Source of the DNA: Eledone cirrhosa
Taxonomy: Eukaryota
Direction of reading: 5' to 3'
DNA length: 64,000 bases
Assembly (NCBI GenBank): GCA_964016885.1
Contig: CAXHJY010001514.1
Coordinates: forward strand, 62,001 to 126,000
A program made the translations under genes and the position numbers. The notes beneath the pieces were generated by a model, which saw nothing but the letters and a program-made list of their open reading frames with translations, ran no database searches and was not told the DNA's origin. Of the stretch, positions 27,468 through 39,034 are shown piece after piece (positions within the stretch are counted from its first letter, which is position 1; each line of letters opens with the position of its first letter).

Positions 27468-27472
<5 letters not shown>

Positions 27473-27870
27473 TCAAAAGATAACAAGGACGATTGGTTAT
27501 TCCTTCATTACATTTATTGGTTGGTGACGCGCGTTTCACCACTGATCAGCTCAAGGTTCGATCTGCATCGATCTTATCCGACTCTGTAATCCGTAGCTCG
27601 ACGGACCCCTTAAAATGCTAGTTTTTTTTGTTTTGTTTTTTTCTACTAGCATTTTAAGGGGTCAATCTAGCTGCGAATTACAGAGTTGGATAAGATCGAT
27701 ACAGATCGAACCTTGAGCTGATCAGTGGCGAAACGCGCGTCACCAACCAATAAATGTAATGAAGGAGTAACCAATCGTCCTTGTTCTCTTTTCAATATAA
27801 TACACTCTGTCTAGCTCTACACCTCGACACAGAAGTGAACCTACAATAACTCCAAGTTACACTCCCTAGA
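27468..27870 (+). mobile_element. PLE-end cassette with ~153-bp inverted arms and a hammerhead 3' half
   Basis: 27468-27621 is inverted at 27646-27798; GAAA-cgcgcg-TC at 27730-27741. Confidence 0.65.
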
Positions 27871-27884
27871 TATATATATATATA

Positions 27885-28098
27885 GAGGAACGAGTAGGAC
27901 CCCGACGGCTGAGCTCAAGCCGTTTCGACGGCTAATTCTGGACTAAAAATCCAGTTTTAGTCCAGAATTAGCCGTCGAAACGGCTTGAGCTCAGCCGTCG
28001 GGGTCCTACTCGTTCCTATTACCCACTCTACTACCCTAAGTATTGAGTACTTTGGTGCGTTATGGTCCATCTCGTTCCTTACCACATTTCCTTCGTTA
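27885..28098 (+). mobile_element. PLE-end cassette with a perfect 63-bp hairpin and a hammerhead 3' half
   Basis: Arms 27886-27948 and 27955-28017; GAAA-cggct(tgagctc)agccg-TC. Related copy on the minus strand at about 38808-38900. Confidence 0.65.
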
Positions 28099-28264
28099 TA
28101 TATATATATATATATGTATGTATATGTAAAAATATATACTGAATGTTTACTTGTGTGCATATATTTGCATTGAACCACCTGAGAAAACATTACGAATAAA
28201 TATTTTCATTTACATTACACCAATTGTTAAGATGATGTATAAAAATAGTGAACATATTTACACA

Positions 28265-28465
28265 TGATGGTGTTGATGGTGGTGGTAGTGGTGGAGGGGA
28301 TGATAGTGGTGGAAGAGGTGGTGGTGGTGGTTGTGGTGGTAGTGTTGGGGGGGGGATAGTGAGGGGCGATGGATGTGGTAGTGTGAGGGGGGGGGGGGGG
28401 GGGTAGTGGTGGTCTTAGTGGTGGGGGATGATGGTGGTGGTGGTGGTGGGGATGATGATGATGTG
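28265..28465. repeat. GGT/G-run low-complexity tract
   Basis: Direct reading. Confidence 0.8.
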
Positions 28466-28650
28466 CATATATTTGTAAATATCTACTTATATAACCACAT
28501 GTATTCATGTACATAGATAATTGCATGCAGAGATTCCCTAAATATTTATATAATAGATATGTTTGCTGTACGTCATTCTCTTTATGTTGGAAGAAAATTA
28601 AACACAAGTATCCATATATATATATAGTTTCCATTTATTTAATATCATTG

Positions 28651-28716
<66 letters not shown>

Positions 28717-28799
28717 GTAATAATAATAAATTTGAAGACTAAAATCCAAGAGGGCTCGATAAGGATAAATATATATCAAATATATAAGAACCGTAGAGC

Positions 28800-29214
28800 A
28801 AATATTTATTAAAATAACAGATTAAAGTTTAAGCACGAATATAATACGTCATTAATAGGAGCGGTGAAAAACAATTACGCGCAAAGACAGAACCACGTTT
28901 ATGGTATAAAAGAAGACGTAGACTAATGTTCTCTTAGGTGGTTCATAGAGACGTTCTCTGGCAATGAACGGAAAAAACGAAGATAATACGTCATATATAT
29001 ATATATGACGTATTATCTTCGTTTTTTCCCGTTCTTTGCCAGGGAACGTTTCCACGAACCAAAGTATCGTCTTCCTGTCTTCCTCCGGTTGCAACGTTTT
29101 TTAAAATATCCACTTCTGCGTTTACAGATTGACTTTGTTAGTTTCAAAAGATCCCGTTAAGGGTGAAAGCAGCGATTCTTTGCTTAAACTTTAATCTGTT
29201 ATTTTAATAAATAT
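28800..29214. mobile_element. Nested inverted-repeat cassette in (TA)n (probable PLE ends joined tail-to-tail)
   Basis: Outer arms about 28802-28835 / 29181-29214; inner arms about 28940-28995 / 29004-29060 around a (TA)n core; minus-strand GAAACGTT at about 29045-29052. Confidence 0.45.
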
Positions 29215-29297
29215 ATATATTTATATATACATATATTTATATATTTATATATACATATATATATATATTTATATATACATATATATATATATATATT

Positions 29298-29382
<85 letters not shown>

Positions 29383-29448
29383 TCATATATACATATAAAT
29401 ATATTTATATATACATATATATATATATGTACATATATATATATATTT

Positions 29449-30060
29449 ATATGTAATGATATTTAAATTAGTATATATTATATATGTAATGATATTTAAA
29501 TTAGTATATATTATATATGTAATGATATTTAAATTAGTATCATTACATATAATATATACTAATTTAAATATCATTACATATATAATATATACTAATTTAA
29601 ATATCATTACATATATAATATATACTAATTTAAATATCATTACATATATAATATATACTAATTTAAATATCATTACATATGTAATATATACTAATTTAAA
29701 TATCATTACATATATAATTGTTTCTACTTTAGGCACAAGGCCAGCAATTATCCAGTACATTACTGGTACTTTATTTTATCGACCCCGTAAGGATGAAAGG
29801 CAAAGTTAACCTCGGCGGGATTTGAACTCAGACTGTAAAGGGACGTAACTATGCTAGAAAGCATGGCGTCCAACCCTCTACCGATACTGCCAATACTAAT
29901 TTAAATATCATTACATATATAATATATACTAATTTAAATATCATTACATATATAATATATACTAATTTAAATATCATTACATATGTAATATATACTAATT
30001 TAAATATCATTACATATATAAAATATACTAATTTAAATATCATTACATATATAATATATA
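29449..30060. repeat. 33-bp AT-rich tandem repeat with an orientation switch, interrupted by a SINE
   Basis: Unit tatgtaatgatatttaaattagtatatattata about 3x, then its reverse complement from about 29540; SINE at 29716-29893. Confidence 0.88.
29716..29893 (-). mobile_element. tRNA-derived SINE (same family as 1556-1742)
   Basis: Reverse match, including the same internal shortening (tactgg.taattgctggccttgtgcc). Confidence 0.85.
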
Positions 30061-30165
30061 TGATGAATATGTTTCTCAGCAGAAAAGCTCAATGGAAATT
30101 TGTTGAGATCATCAATAATTCAAATTAAAAAAATATATGTATATAGGCATATATATATATATATT

Positions 30166-30209
<44 letters not shown>

Positions 30210-30395
30210 TATATACATATATATATGTATATAGGCATATATGATTAGAGATAGTGGATGCGATGTCCAGTCCTTTTTATATCTGCCGTCAGTGTTAAAA
30301 ATTGATTCATTCTACAAGTTATGGATTGACTACTTCTCAGAACATGACAGATATAAAGGTATTTTCTACTTTACTGGAACTTATAAGTAGACGAT

Positions 30396-30520
30396 TTCTT
30401 CTGACGATTAGTTCAGCATCTTCCAGAGCTCTACCAAAATTGATAGTTGGTATTGATGATCGATTGCTTTGATTGATTTTTACTCCAGTTTTACGAACTA
30501 TGAAACAGCAGCCATAAGGA
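30396..30520 (+). ncRNA. Degenerate hammerhead motif with a ~90-nt stem II
   Basis: ttctt-CTGACGA-ttagttc...gaactat-GAAA-cagcagcc-ataagga; the cleavage triplet appears lost. Confidence 0.4.
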
Positions 30521-30792
30521 AGATAATAACTTTTCCACCTTAAAGTATATAATGCTTCCTAAATATTATATGCTTTTCATATATATATAAATGTACAAAA
30601 TACTATGTTTCTCTAATGATATATGGTTATATATATGTATATAACCATATATTTTAATTTAGATTATATATATATGTATATATGCAAGCGTGGAACATGG
30701 ATGTTAAACGATGATGATGATGATGATGATATATACTGCCAATACTGTAATTGAATAATCAAGACCGTAGCGGTATGTCATATATCAAATCA

Positions 30793-30858
30793 TATATTTT
30801 GTCTGATGAGGACGTACTGAAAAAACAACACAGTACCTTTGAAATATAATAAAGTATA
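30793..30858 (+). ncRNA. Hammerhead motif about 230 nt upstream of the trh bHLH exon
   Basis: tatattttgt-CTGATGA-ggacgtactg...cagtaccttt-GAAA-ta-TA-ataaagtata: 10-bp stem I with wobbles, AUA site. Confidence 0.65.
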
Positions 30859-30932
30859 TATTTTGATTATGACAATATTTTTCATTTGTTAACATTTGAA
30901 TAATATATATACATATATATATATGTATGTAT

Positions 30933-31052
30933 AAGGTGAAACAATTGTTCTCAGTATGGTGAACTAACTGTTGTATTACTACTTCTACCTAACTCGTCCC
31001 ATGGACTGAGTGCTCTACCACTACGGATATTACCTCCAGTGTTCTACCTCTA
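30933..31052 (+). mobile_element. PLE-end cassette (hammerhead 3' half plus ACTC/GAGT hairpin) abutting the trh acceptor
   Basis: GAAA-caattg-TT, then actc-gtcc(cat)ggac-tgagt, then (TA)n. Confidence 0.5.
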
Positions 31053-31090
31053 TGTATATATATATAATGTTTGTTTGTTATATATTACAG

Positions 31091-31329
31091 CATCTTGGAA
31101 CTACGTAAAGAAAAGTCTCGGGATGCTGCCCGTTCTCGTCGAGGAAAAGAAAATTATGAGTTTTATGAGTTGGCCAAATTACTACCTCTACCAGCTGCTA
31201 TTACAAGCCAACTGGACAAAGCCTCCATAATTCGTCTCTCAATCAGTTATTTGAAGCTGCGTGACTTCTCTAGTCATGGTGATCCACCATGGCAGAGGGA
31301 TGGAATGCCTCCAAACAAATCGGTTAAAG
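31091..31329 (+). CDS. trh: Internal exon encoding the bHLH domain of a trachealess/NPAS1/NPAS3-type bHLH-PAS transcription factor
   Basis: Translates to [79 protein letters not shown], the Trh/NPAS1/3 bHLH signature. Acceptor ttacag ends at 31090 (phase 2); donor aag|gtaaag at 31330 (phase 1). Confidence 0.95.
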
Positions 31330-31387
31330 GTAAAGATTTTTTTTTTAATAATTTTTGTAAAATAATTTTTCAAAGTAAAATGATTAA

Positions 31388-31628
31388 GTGCATGACAGAG
31401 GGGTTGGAGTTAGGGTTAACCACTAAACCATGGCAGAGGGGTTAGGGTTAACCACTAAACCATGGCAGAGGGGTTAGGGTTAACCACTAAACCATGGCAG
31501 AGGGGTTAGGGTTAACCACTAAACCAGGGCAGAGGGGTTAGAGTTAACCACTAAACCATGGCAGAGGGGTTAGAGTTAACCACTAAACCATGACAGAGGG
31601 GTTAGAGTTAGAGTTAACCACTAAACCA
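31388..31628. repeat. 32-bp intronic minisatellite, about 7 copies
   Basis: Unit gttagggttaaccactaaaccatggcagaggg; period 31441 to 31473. Confidence 0.9.
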
Positions 31629-31716
31629 TAAAACTTTAACTAATAGTATATAATTAGTATATAATACTTATAATTCTATAGTAATATTTATATTTTCATA
31701 TATTTCCTTTCGATAG

Positions 31717-31796
31717 GGGGTCCTCTACGAAGACGGAATATGAATGCTCTCGCCATGGAAATTTTTGAAACCCATCAAGGGACTCATATATTACAG
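31717..31796 (+). CDS. trh: Next trh/NPAS exon (linker between bHLH and PAS-A)
   Basis: Acceptor tttcctttcgatag|, phase matches the preceding exon. Gives (G)GPLRRRNMNALAMEIFETHQGTHILQ, matching the Trh/NPAS3 'RRR...FE.H.G.HILQ' segment that precedes SLDGF. Donor cag|gtaaat (phase 0). Not in the ORF track. Confidence 0.92.
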
Positions 31797-33083
31797 GTAA
31801 ATGGTGAAATACTTTTTGAAATCTTTATCCCAAGTCACTGTATTGTAATATTTTGATGTTTAGTTTGATTAATCTTTTTACCAGTTGCAGGAATTTGGTT
31901 GATTGAAACACTTTAAACCAGTTTTGTATCATAGAGCCAGGGGCAATTTCATATCAAACAGGTTAAGTTGGGGGTTTCCTTTATAAAATTATATAAATCT
32001 GATACAACAAATAAACCTCTCCATTATTATATTTCTAATGAAAAGCACCATTTATAGGTTTTAAATATTTTCTTAAATAATCAAGAATTTGGAGGAATTT
32101 AGCAAAATAACTATCGTTTTATTACATTCAAAATTATAGAAAAGTCACGGATATGAAATTATTATTCATATCTATATTTCATAATTTTAAATGATCTGCT
32201 ATTTGGAGCCCCCTTCACAACAGGATATTTTAACTGTCAATAACTTAATCAACCAGTTTGTACTCCTCAGAAACTGAAGCCTCTCTCATCTTACAAAAGA
32301 AAACAGTGAAGTACTACTATATACATACTACTACATATCTTTTTATTATTGTATTTCAAGTGGAAAACGCTGTTTCAATAATTTTGAAAATAACCAAGAA
32401 TTTAGATTTAGTACCCCTGAAAAGGGAAAAGAGCTCTGTCAACTTTTTACATCTCCAGGGGTATTTTAACTGACTTATTTAACTATATAATAATAGTTAT
32501 CAACTATTATTATATTTATCTGAATTGTGGTGGTTAAACTTTCAAATATATATTCTCTTATTTTAAATGACATGATTGTACACACCAATTTAATTATTAA
32601 CATATATACCATTTTTTCGCTACACCATATCCCAATCTGTCATTGGTATCAGGAAAAGACTCTAGACATAAAACATTGCCTCAAAATTTCCCATCCAACC
32701 CATGCCAGCATGGAAGAGCAAATGTAAACACAATGACCATGAAATATAACAGAATGGAATTTTTTCTCAGAACAATGTTCCATAAATTTTCTAACCTTCC
32801 AATCATTTGGCAATATTCCAAATAATTATTCTTGTTTCAAAAACAGATGGCCCCTATCAAACTTCAAACTATCAAACTATTTTGCAGGCTTCTTTAAATT
32901 CCAAGGTCCTAATGATTTCAATCTCAGACATTCTGACTCCTAAAACTTCCAGCAATGATACACTGCATAATATTCACATACATAATAGCCATTTTCATGA
33001 GCTGTCTTTGCCATTATTGTGTTAACTTCAAGACTTGTCTTCTTTTAGTAGATCTGACTAGACAAGTTCTTTAGCAGAATAAC

Positions 33084-33465
33084 TTAACCCTTTCATCACC
33101 ACATTTCTAATGAAATACACTATTTTAATTAATTAATGTTGTGATGAACCCTGTTGTGTTGTGGCTGTGTTGTGTTGTTGACCTCATTTCTATTGAAATA
33201 CACTATTTTAATTAATTAATGAAGAACTTTGAGGGATTTACTAAAATGATTAATTATTTCATTACTAAGATAGTAACTTAACATATAGTTCTTATCTTAA
33301 ATTATGTTGGAGGATTTTAAATTAAATTGGAAACCTTTAAAATGGGTGGTTTTATTTGATAGAACCAGAGCTGGTTTTGGCTGGGTTGGTAACTAAAGGG
33401 TTAAAATGGGTGGTTTTATTTGATAGAATCAGGGCTGGTTTTGGCAGGGTTGGTAATAAAGGGTT
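33084..33465 (+). mobile_element. piggyBac-type MITE with a duplicated right end
   Basis: ttaa|ccctttcatcacc...ggtaactaaaggg|ttaa termini; second 64-bp terminal unit at 33403-33465. Relatives at 50735-50820 and 55862-56100. Confidence 0.72.
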
Positions 33466-33884
33466 CACCATTTCTGAAGATTCTCTAAATTCCAAGTACT
33501 CATTAATACCTTCAAGCAAACAACAAAATTATTATAGAAATAAACATTTATCCCACTTGATCACCGACTCACTAAATATTAGGAAAAATTTATTATTTTT
33601 CTATTAAATATAAAAAATAAAATATTTTTCATAAAAACCTTCAAAGATAGTATTTATAATATAATTTCTATAAAACATTGTGAAATATATGGTTAGTTGA
33701 GCTGGTTCAATGCAAGTTGTAAAGGAATGAAAAGGAGAGTAAAGTCAGACAAAACAATAGAGGCCTTTTTTTTCAAAAGAAATATAGGAGGAACCTGGCT
33801 TGTAACTATCTTTACATTGTATTTTCCTTTTCTTGTAAATAGGAGTCATGACAACTAAAGTATGAAATAAATACAGCAAGTACA

Positions 33885-34022
33885 CTGTGTAAAGTGGCTA
33901 TAGGAAGTGTGTAAAGTGGCTATAGGAAGTGTGTCCAGCTATAGGAAGTGTGTCCAGCTGTAGGAAGTGTGTCCAGCTGTAGGAAGTGTGTCCAGCTGTA
34001 GGAAGTGTGTCCAGCTGTAGAA
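33885..34022. repeat. 19-20-bp tandem repeat (gctgtaggaagtgtgtcca)
   Basis: Direct reading. Confidence 0.85.
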
Positions 34023-34125
34023 AAGCTGGCAAACTTGGAAGAACTCTTCAGTTGTGTGAAAGTCATGACAACCTTCTCAGTGCTAATACCATGATAACAT
34101 GGATTTAGTGTGTGAACATATCTGA

Positions 34126-37125
34126 GATACAGGCTGTGACCCATCACAAAGGTTAGTTGCTTCACTTTAGTACAACATATGTAAGATACAAGCTGTGACC
34201 CATCAGAGAGGTCAGTTGCTCCACTTTAGTACAATATATGTAAGATACAAGCTGTGACCCATCACAAAGGTTAGTTGCTCCACTTTAGTACAATATATGT
34301 AAGGTATAGGCTGTGACCCATTGGAGAGGTCAGTTGCTCCACTTTAGTACAATATATGTAAGGTATAGGATGTGACCCATTGGAGAGGTCAGTTGCTCCA
34401 CTTTAGTACAATATATGTAAGATACAGGCTGTGACCCATTGGAGAGGTCAGTTGCTCCACTTTAGTACAATATATGTAAGATACAGGCTGTGACCCATTG
34501 GAGAGGTCAGTTGCTCCACTTTAGTACAACATATGTAAGATACAGGCTGTGACCCATTGGAGAGGTCAGTTGCTCCACTTTAGTACAATATATGTAAGAT
34601 ACAGGCTGTGACCCATTGGAGAGGTCAGTTGCTCCACTTTAGTACAATATATGTAAGATACAGGCTGTGACCCATTGGAGAGGTCAGTTGCTCCACTTTA
34701 GTACAACATATGTAAGATACAGGCTGTGACCCATTGGAGAGGTCAGTTGCTCCACTTTAGTACAATATATGTAAGATACAGGCTGTGACCCATTGGAGAG
34801 GTCAGTTGCTCCACTTTAGTACAATATATGTAAGATACAGGCTGTGACCCATTGGAGAGGTCACTTGCTCCACTTTAGTACAATATATGTAAGATACAAG
34901 CTGTGACCCATCAGAGAGGTCAGTTGCTCCACTTTAGTACAACATATGTAAGATACAAGCTGTGACCCATTGGAGAGGTCAGTTGCTCCACTTTAGTACA
35001 ACATATGTAAGATACAGGCTGTGACCCATTGGAGAGGTCAGTTGCTCCACTTTAGTACAATATATGTAAGATACAGGCTGTGACCCATTGGAGAGGTCAG
35101 TTGCTCCACTTTAGTACAATATATGTAAGATACAGGCTGTGACCCATTGGAGAGGTCAGTTGCTCCACTTTAGTACAACATATGTAAGATACAAGCTGTG
35201 ACCCATCAGAGAGGTCAGTTGCTCCACTTTAGTACAATATATGTAAGATACAGGCTGTGACCCATTGGAGAGGTCAGTTGCTCCACTTTAGTACAATATA
35301 TGTAAGATACAGGCTGTGACCCATTGGAGAGGTCAGTTGCTCCACTTTAGTACAACATATGTAAGATACAAGCTGTGACCCATCAGAGAGGTCAGTTGCT
35401 CCACTTTAGTACAATATATGTAAGATACAGGCTGTGACCCATTGGAGAGGTCAGTTGCTCCACTTTAGTACAATATATGTAAGATACAGGCTGTGACCCA
35501 TTGGAGAGGTCAGTTGCTCCACTTTAGTACAATATATGTAAGATACAAGCTGTGACCCATTGGAGAGGTCAGTTGCTCCACTTTAGTACAATATATGTAA
35601 GATACAGGCTGTGACCCATTGGAGAGGTCATTTGCTCCACTTTAGTACAATATATGTAAGATACAGACTGTGGCCCATCAGAGAGGTCAGTTGCTCCACT
35701 TTAGTACAATATATGTAAGATACAGGCTGTGACCCATTGGAGAGGTCAGTTGCTCCACTTTAGTACAATATATGTAAGATGCAGGCTGTGACCCATTGGA
35801 GAGGTCACTTGCTCCACTTTAGTACAATATATGTAAGATACAGGCTGTGGCCCATTGGAGAGGTCAGTTGCTCCACTTTAGTACAATATATGTAAGATAC
35901 AGGCTGTGACCCATTGGAGAGGTCAGTTGCTCCACTTTAGTACAATATATGTAAGATACAGGCTGTGACCCATTGGAGAGGTCACTTGCTCCACTTTAGT
36001 ACAATATATGTAAGATACAGGCTGTGGCCCATTGGAGAGGTCAGTTGCTCCACTTTAGTACAATATATGTAAGATACAGGCTGTGACCCATTGGAGAGGT
36101 CACTTGCTCCACTTTAGTACAATATATGTAAGATACAGGCTGTGACCCATTGGAGAGGTCACTTGCTCCACTTTAGTACAATATATGTAAGATACAGGCT
36201 GTGGCCCATTGGAGAGGTCAGTTGCTCCACTTTAGTACAATATATGTAAGATACAGGCTGTGACCCATTGGAGAGGTCAGTTGCTCCACTTTAGTACAAT
36301 ATATGTAAGATACAGGCTGTGACCCATTGGAGAGGTCAGTTGCTCCACTTTAGTACAATATATGTAAGATACAGGCTGTGACCCATTGGAGAGGTCAGTT
36401 GCTCCACTTTAGTACAATATATGTAAGATACAGGCTGTGACCCATTGGAGAGGTCAGTTGCTCCACTTTAGTACAATATATGTAAGATACAGGCTGTGGC
36501 CCATTGGAGAGGTCAGTTGCTCCACTTTAGTACAATATATGTAAGATACAGGCTGTGGCCCATTGGAGAGGTCACTTGCTCCACTTTAGTACAATATATG
36601 TAAGATACAGGCTGTGGCCCATTGGAGAGGTCAGTTGCTCGACTTTAGTACAATATATGTAAGATACAGGCTGTGGCCCATTGGAGAGGTCAGTTGCTCC
36701 ACTTTAGTACAATATATGTAAGATACAGGCTGTGACCCATTGGAGAGGTCAGTTGCTCCACTTTAGTACAATATATGTAAGATACAGGCTGTGACCCATT
36801 GGAGAGGTCAGTTGCTCCACTTTAGTACAATATATGTAAGATACAGGCTGTGACCCATTGGAGAGGTCAGTTGCTCCACTTTAGTACAATATATGTAAGA
36901 TACAGGCTGTGGCCCATTGGAGAGGTCAGTTGCTCCACTTTAGTACAATATATGTAAGATACAGGCTGTGGCCCATTTGAGAGGTCACTTGCTCCACTTT
37001 AGTACAATATATGTAAGATACAGGCTGTGGCCCATTGGAGAGGTCAGTTGCTCCACTTTAGTACAATATATGTAAGATACAGGCTGTGACCCATTGGAGA
37101 GGTCAGTTGCTCCACTTTAGTACAA
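34126..37125. repeat. 59-bp minisatellite, about 51 highly homogeneous copies
   Basis: Unit gatacaggctgtgacccattggagaggtcagttgctccactttagtacaatatatgtaa. Confidence 0.97.
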
Positions 37126-37179
37126 CCTGTACAATATTTGCTTGTAAAGAAAACATACATTAAATGATGATGACTGCAT

Positions 37180-37705
37180 GTGAGTGGGTGAGTGGGAGTA
37201 ACAGTGGGTGAGTGGGAGTAACAGTGGGTGAGTTGGACTAACAGTGGATGAGTGGGAGTAACAGTGGGTGAGTGGGAGTAAAAGTGGGTGAGTGGGAGTA
37301 ACAGTGGGTGAGTGGGAGTAACAGTGGGTGAGTGGGAGTAAGTGTGGGTGAGTGGGAGTAACAGTGGGTGAGTGGGAGTAACAGTGGGTGAGTGGAAGTA
37401 AGTGTGTATGTGGGAGTAACAGTGTGTATGTGGGAGTAACAGTGGGTGAGTGGGAGTAACAGTGGGTGAGTGCATGTGAGTGTTAGTGTGTGTATGTATG
37501 TGAGTGAGTGTGATTGTGGGAGTGAGTGTGTTAGTAAGTGTATGCATGTGTGAATGTGTATGTGAGTGAGTGTGTTAGTGTGTGTATGTGTGTGTGTGAT
37601 TGTGTATATGAGTGAGTGTGTTAGTAAGTATGTGTGTGTGTGTATGTGAGTGAGTGTGTTAGTAAGTGTGAGTGAGTGTGTTAGTGTGTATGTGAGTGTG
37701 TGTGA
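37180..37705. repeat. 20-bp repeat (gtgggtgagtgggagtaaca) grading into a GT-rich tract
   Basis: Direct reading. Confidence 0.9.
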
Positions 37706-38324
37706 GAGACAAGGTGAAAAGTTAGAAGGTTTGAACACCTGGAAGGTAAACTTGTCTAAGAAAACAAACCAAAAAACCCTCCAAATCAGATAGAATCAGA
37801 TCTTTCCCCCAACAAGTCAGCCCTCTACCTAACGAGGTTCTCTAGTGTAGACTCAAGTTTTGTTGATTTAGTCATCTCAGCCAATTGCCACCTAATCCTA
37901 AAGATCCTTGAGAAAACAAAACAAAATTAATTGTTCCTTAAAGGCAACAGACCTAACCACCAGTATACTTCATCTTCTCTGTCTATCAGCCTATCTATTT
38001 GTCTATCTATTTATCTATATATCTGTCTGCCTTTCTCTTTAAATATCTGTCCACCTCTCTATCTCTCTAGCTGTCTGTTTATTTATGTCTATCAATCTGT
38101 CTGTCTGTCTGTCTCTCTAATATATCTATCTATCTCTCTATCTCTCTACAATTGAATGAAATCATCAGGAATGTCCTGATGATTTCATATAAATGAAACA
38201 GTTCTAGTCCTGTAGAAGTCATTTCTAAATATAATGAAGGTGCCTATACTCTACCAATGTATTGAGTACCTTTTTTAAATATGGTTACCCCTTGACACAA
38301 CTCAGGAATCTACATATAAATTTC

Positions 38325-38470
38325 CTCTTTAATTTCTCATTCTATCTTCTGATAAAAGACTAGCATCCAAAACATTAAGACTCTTTTCCTACTATGTCAA
38401 GTATAAAACTAATATATTTCTTCATTGTACTTTGTCGTCTGCTTTGTTATTTCTGTTTGCCTTTTGCATA
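38325..38470 (+). mobile_element. Family-1 hammerhead cassette with a decayed core
   Basis: atcttctgataaaagactagcatccaaaacattaagactcttttcc; flanks match 47435-47582. Confidence 0.65.
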
Positions 38471-38474
38471 TATA

Positions 38475-38505
<31 letters not shown>

Positions 38506-38776
38506 ACGATATGTAAAGAGAGGAATGGATAATAGAAAGAGAAAAAGGTATTAAAAAAATTATAGAAAGCCAGAGAAGAAAAGAATAAGACATCACCAAT
38601 TCCATCCAGTTCTTTATTATATTGAGAATTTCCATTTCAACTGATAAGTTATGAAATATGGCTGACAAAGATTCTATACTGTTTATCTTGATCTTTGGAA
38701 CCAATGAAAACCAATACATATCATCACCATTGTCCTCATCATCATTGTTTAATGTCTATCTTCCATGCTAGCATTG

Positions 38777-38813
<37 letters not shown>

Positions 38814-39034
38814 AAGAAAGTGTGGTAAGATACCAGGTGGACCATAACGCACCAGAGTACTCAATACTTAGGGTAGTAGAGTGGGTAATAGGAAAAGAGT
38901 CAGCAACAGCTGTTTCAAACGTTCGGATCTAGCTGGAGCTCAGCCATTGGGGTCCTGAATTTTCTTTCATATATATATATATATAGTGATGCATTACTGA
39001 TTCCTCGTTCTTTATACTATATATATATATATAT

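Noticed and set aside
31330-31445. ORF-track extension of the bHLH ORF to 31445 (and start at 31071)
   Set aside because: Read-through into introns; homology resumes at 31717.
31400-31520. Interstitial telomere
   Set aside because: Only about 1.5 TTAGGG per 32-bp unit, not a (TTAGGG)n tract.
34126-37125. CRISPR-like appearance of the 59-, 64-, 45- and 29-bp arrays
   Set aside because: Head-to-tail units with no unique spacers, no cas genes, eukaryotic context.
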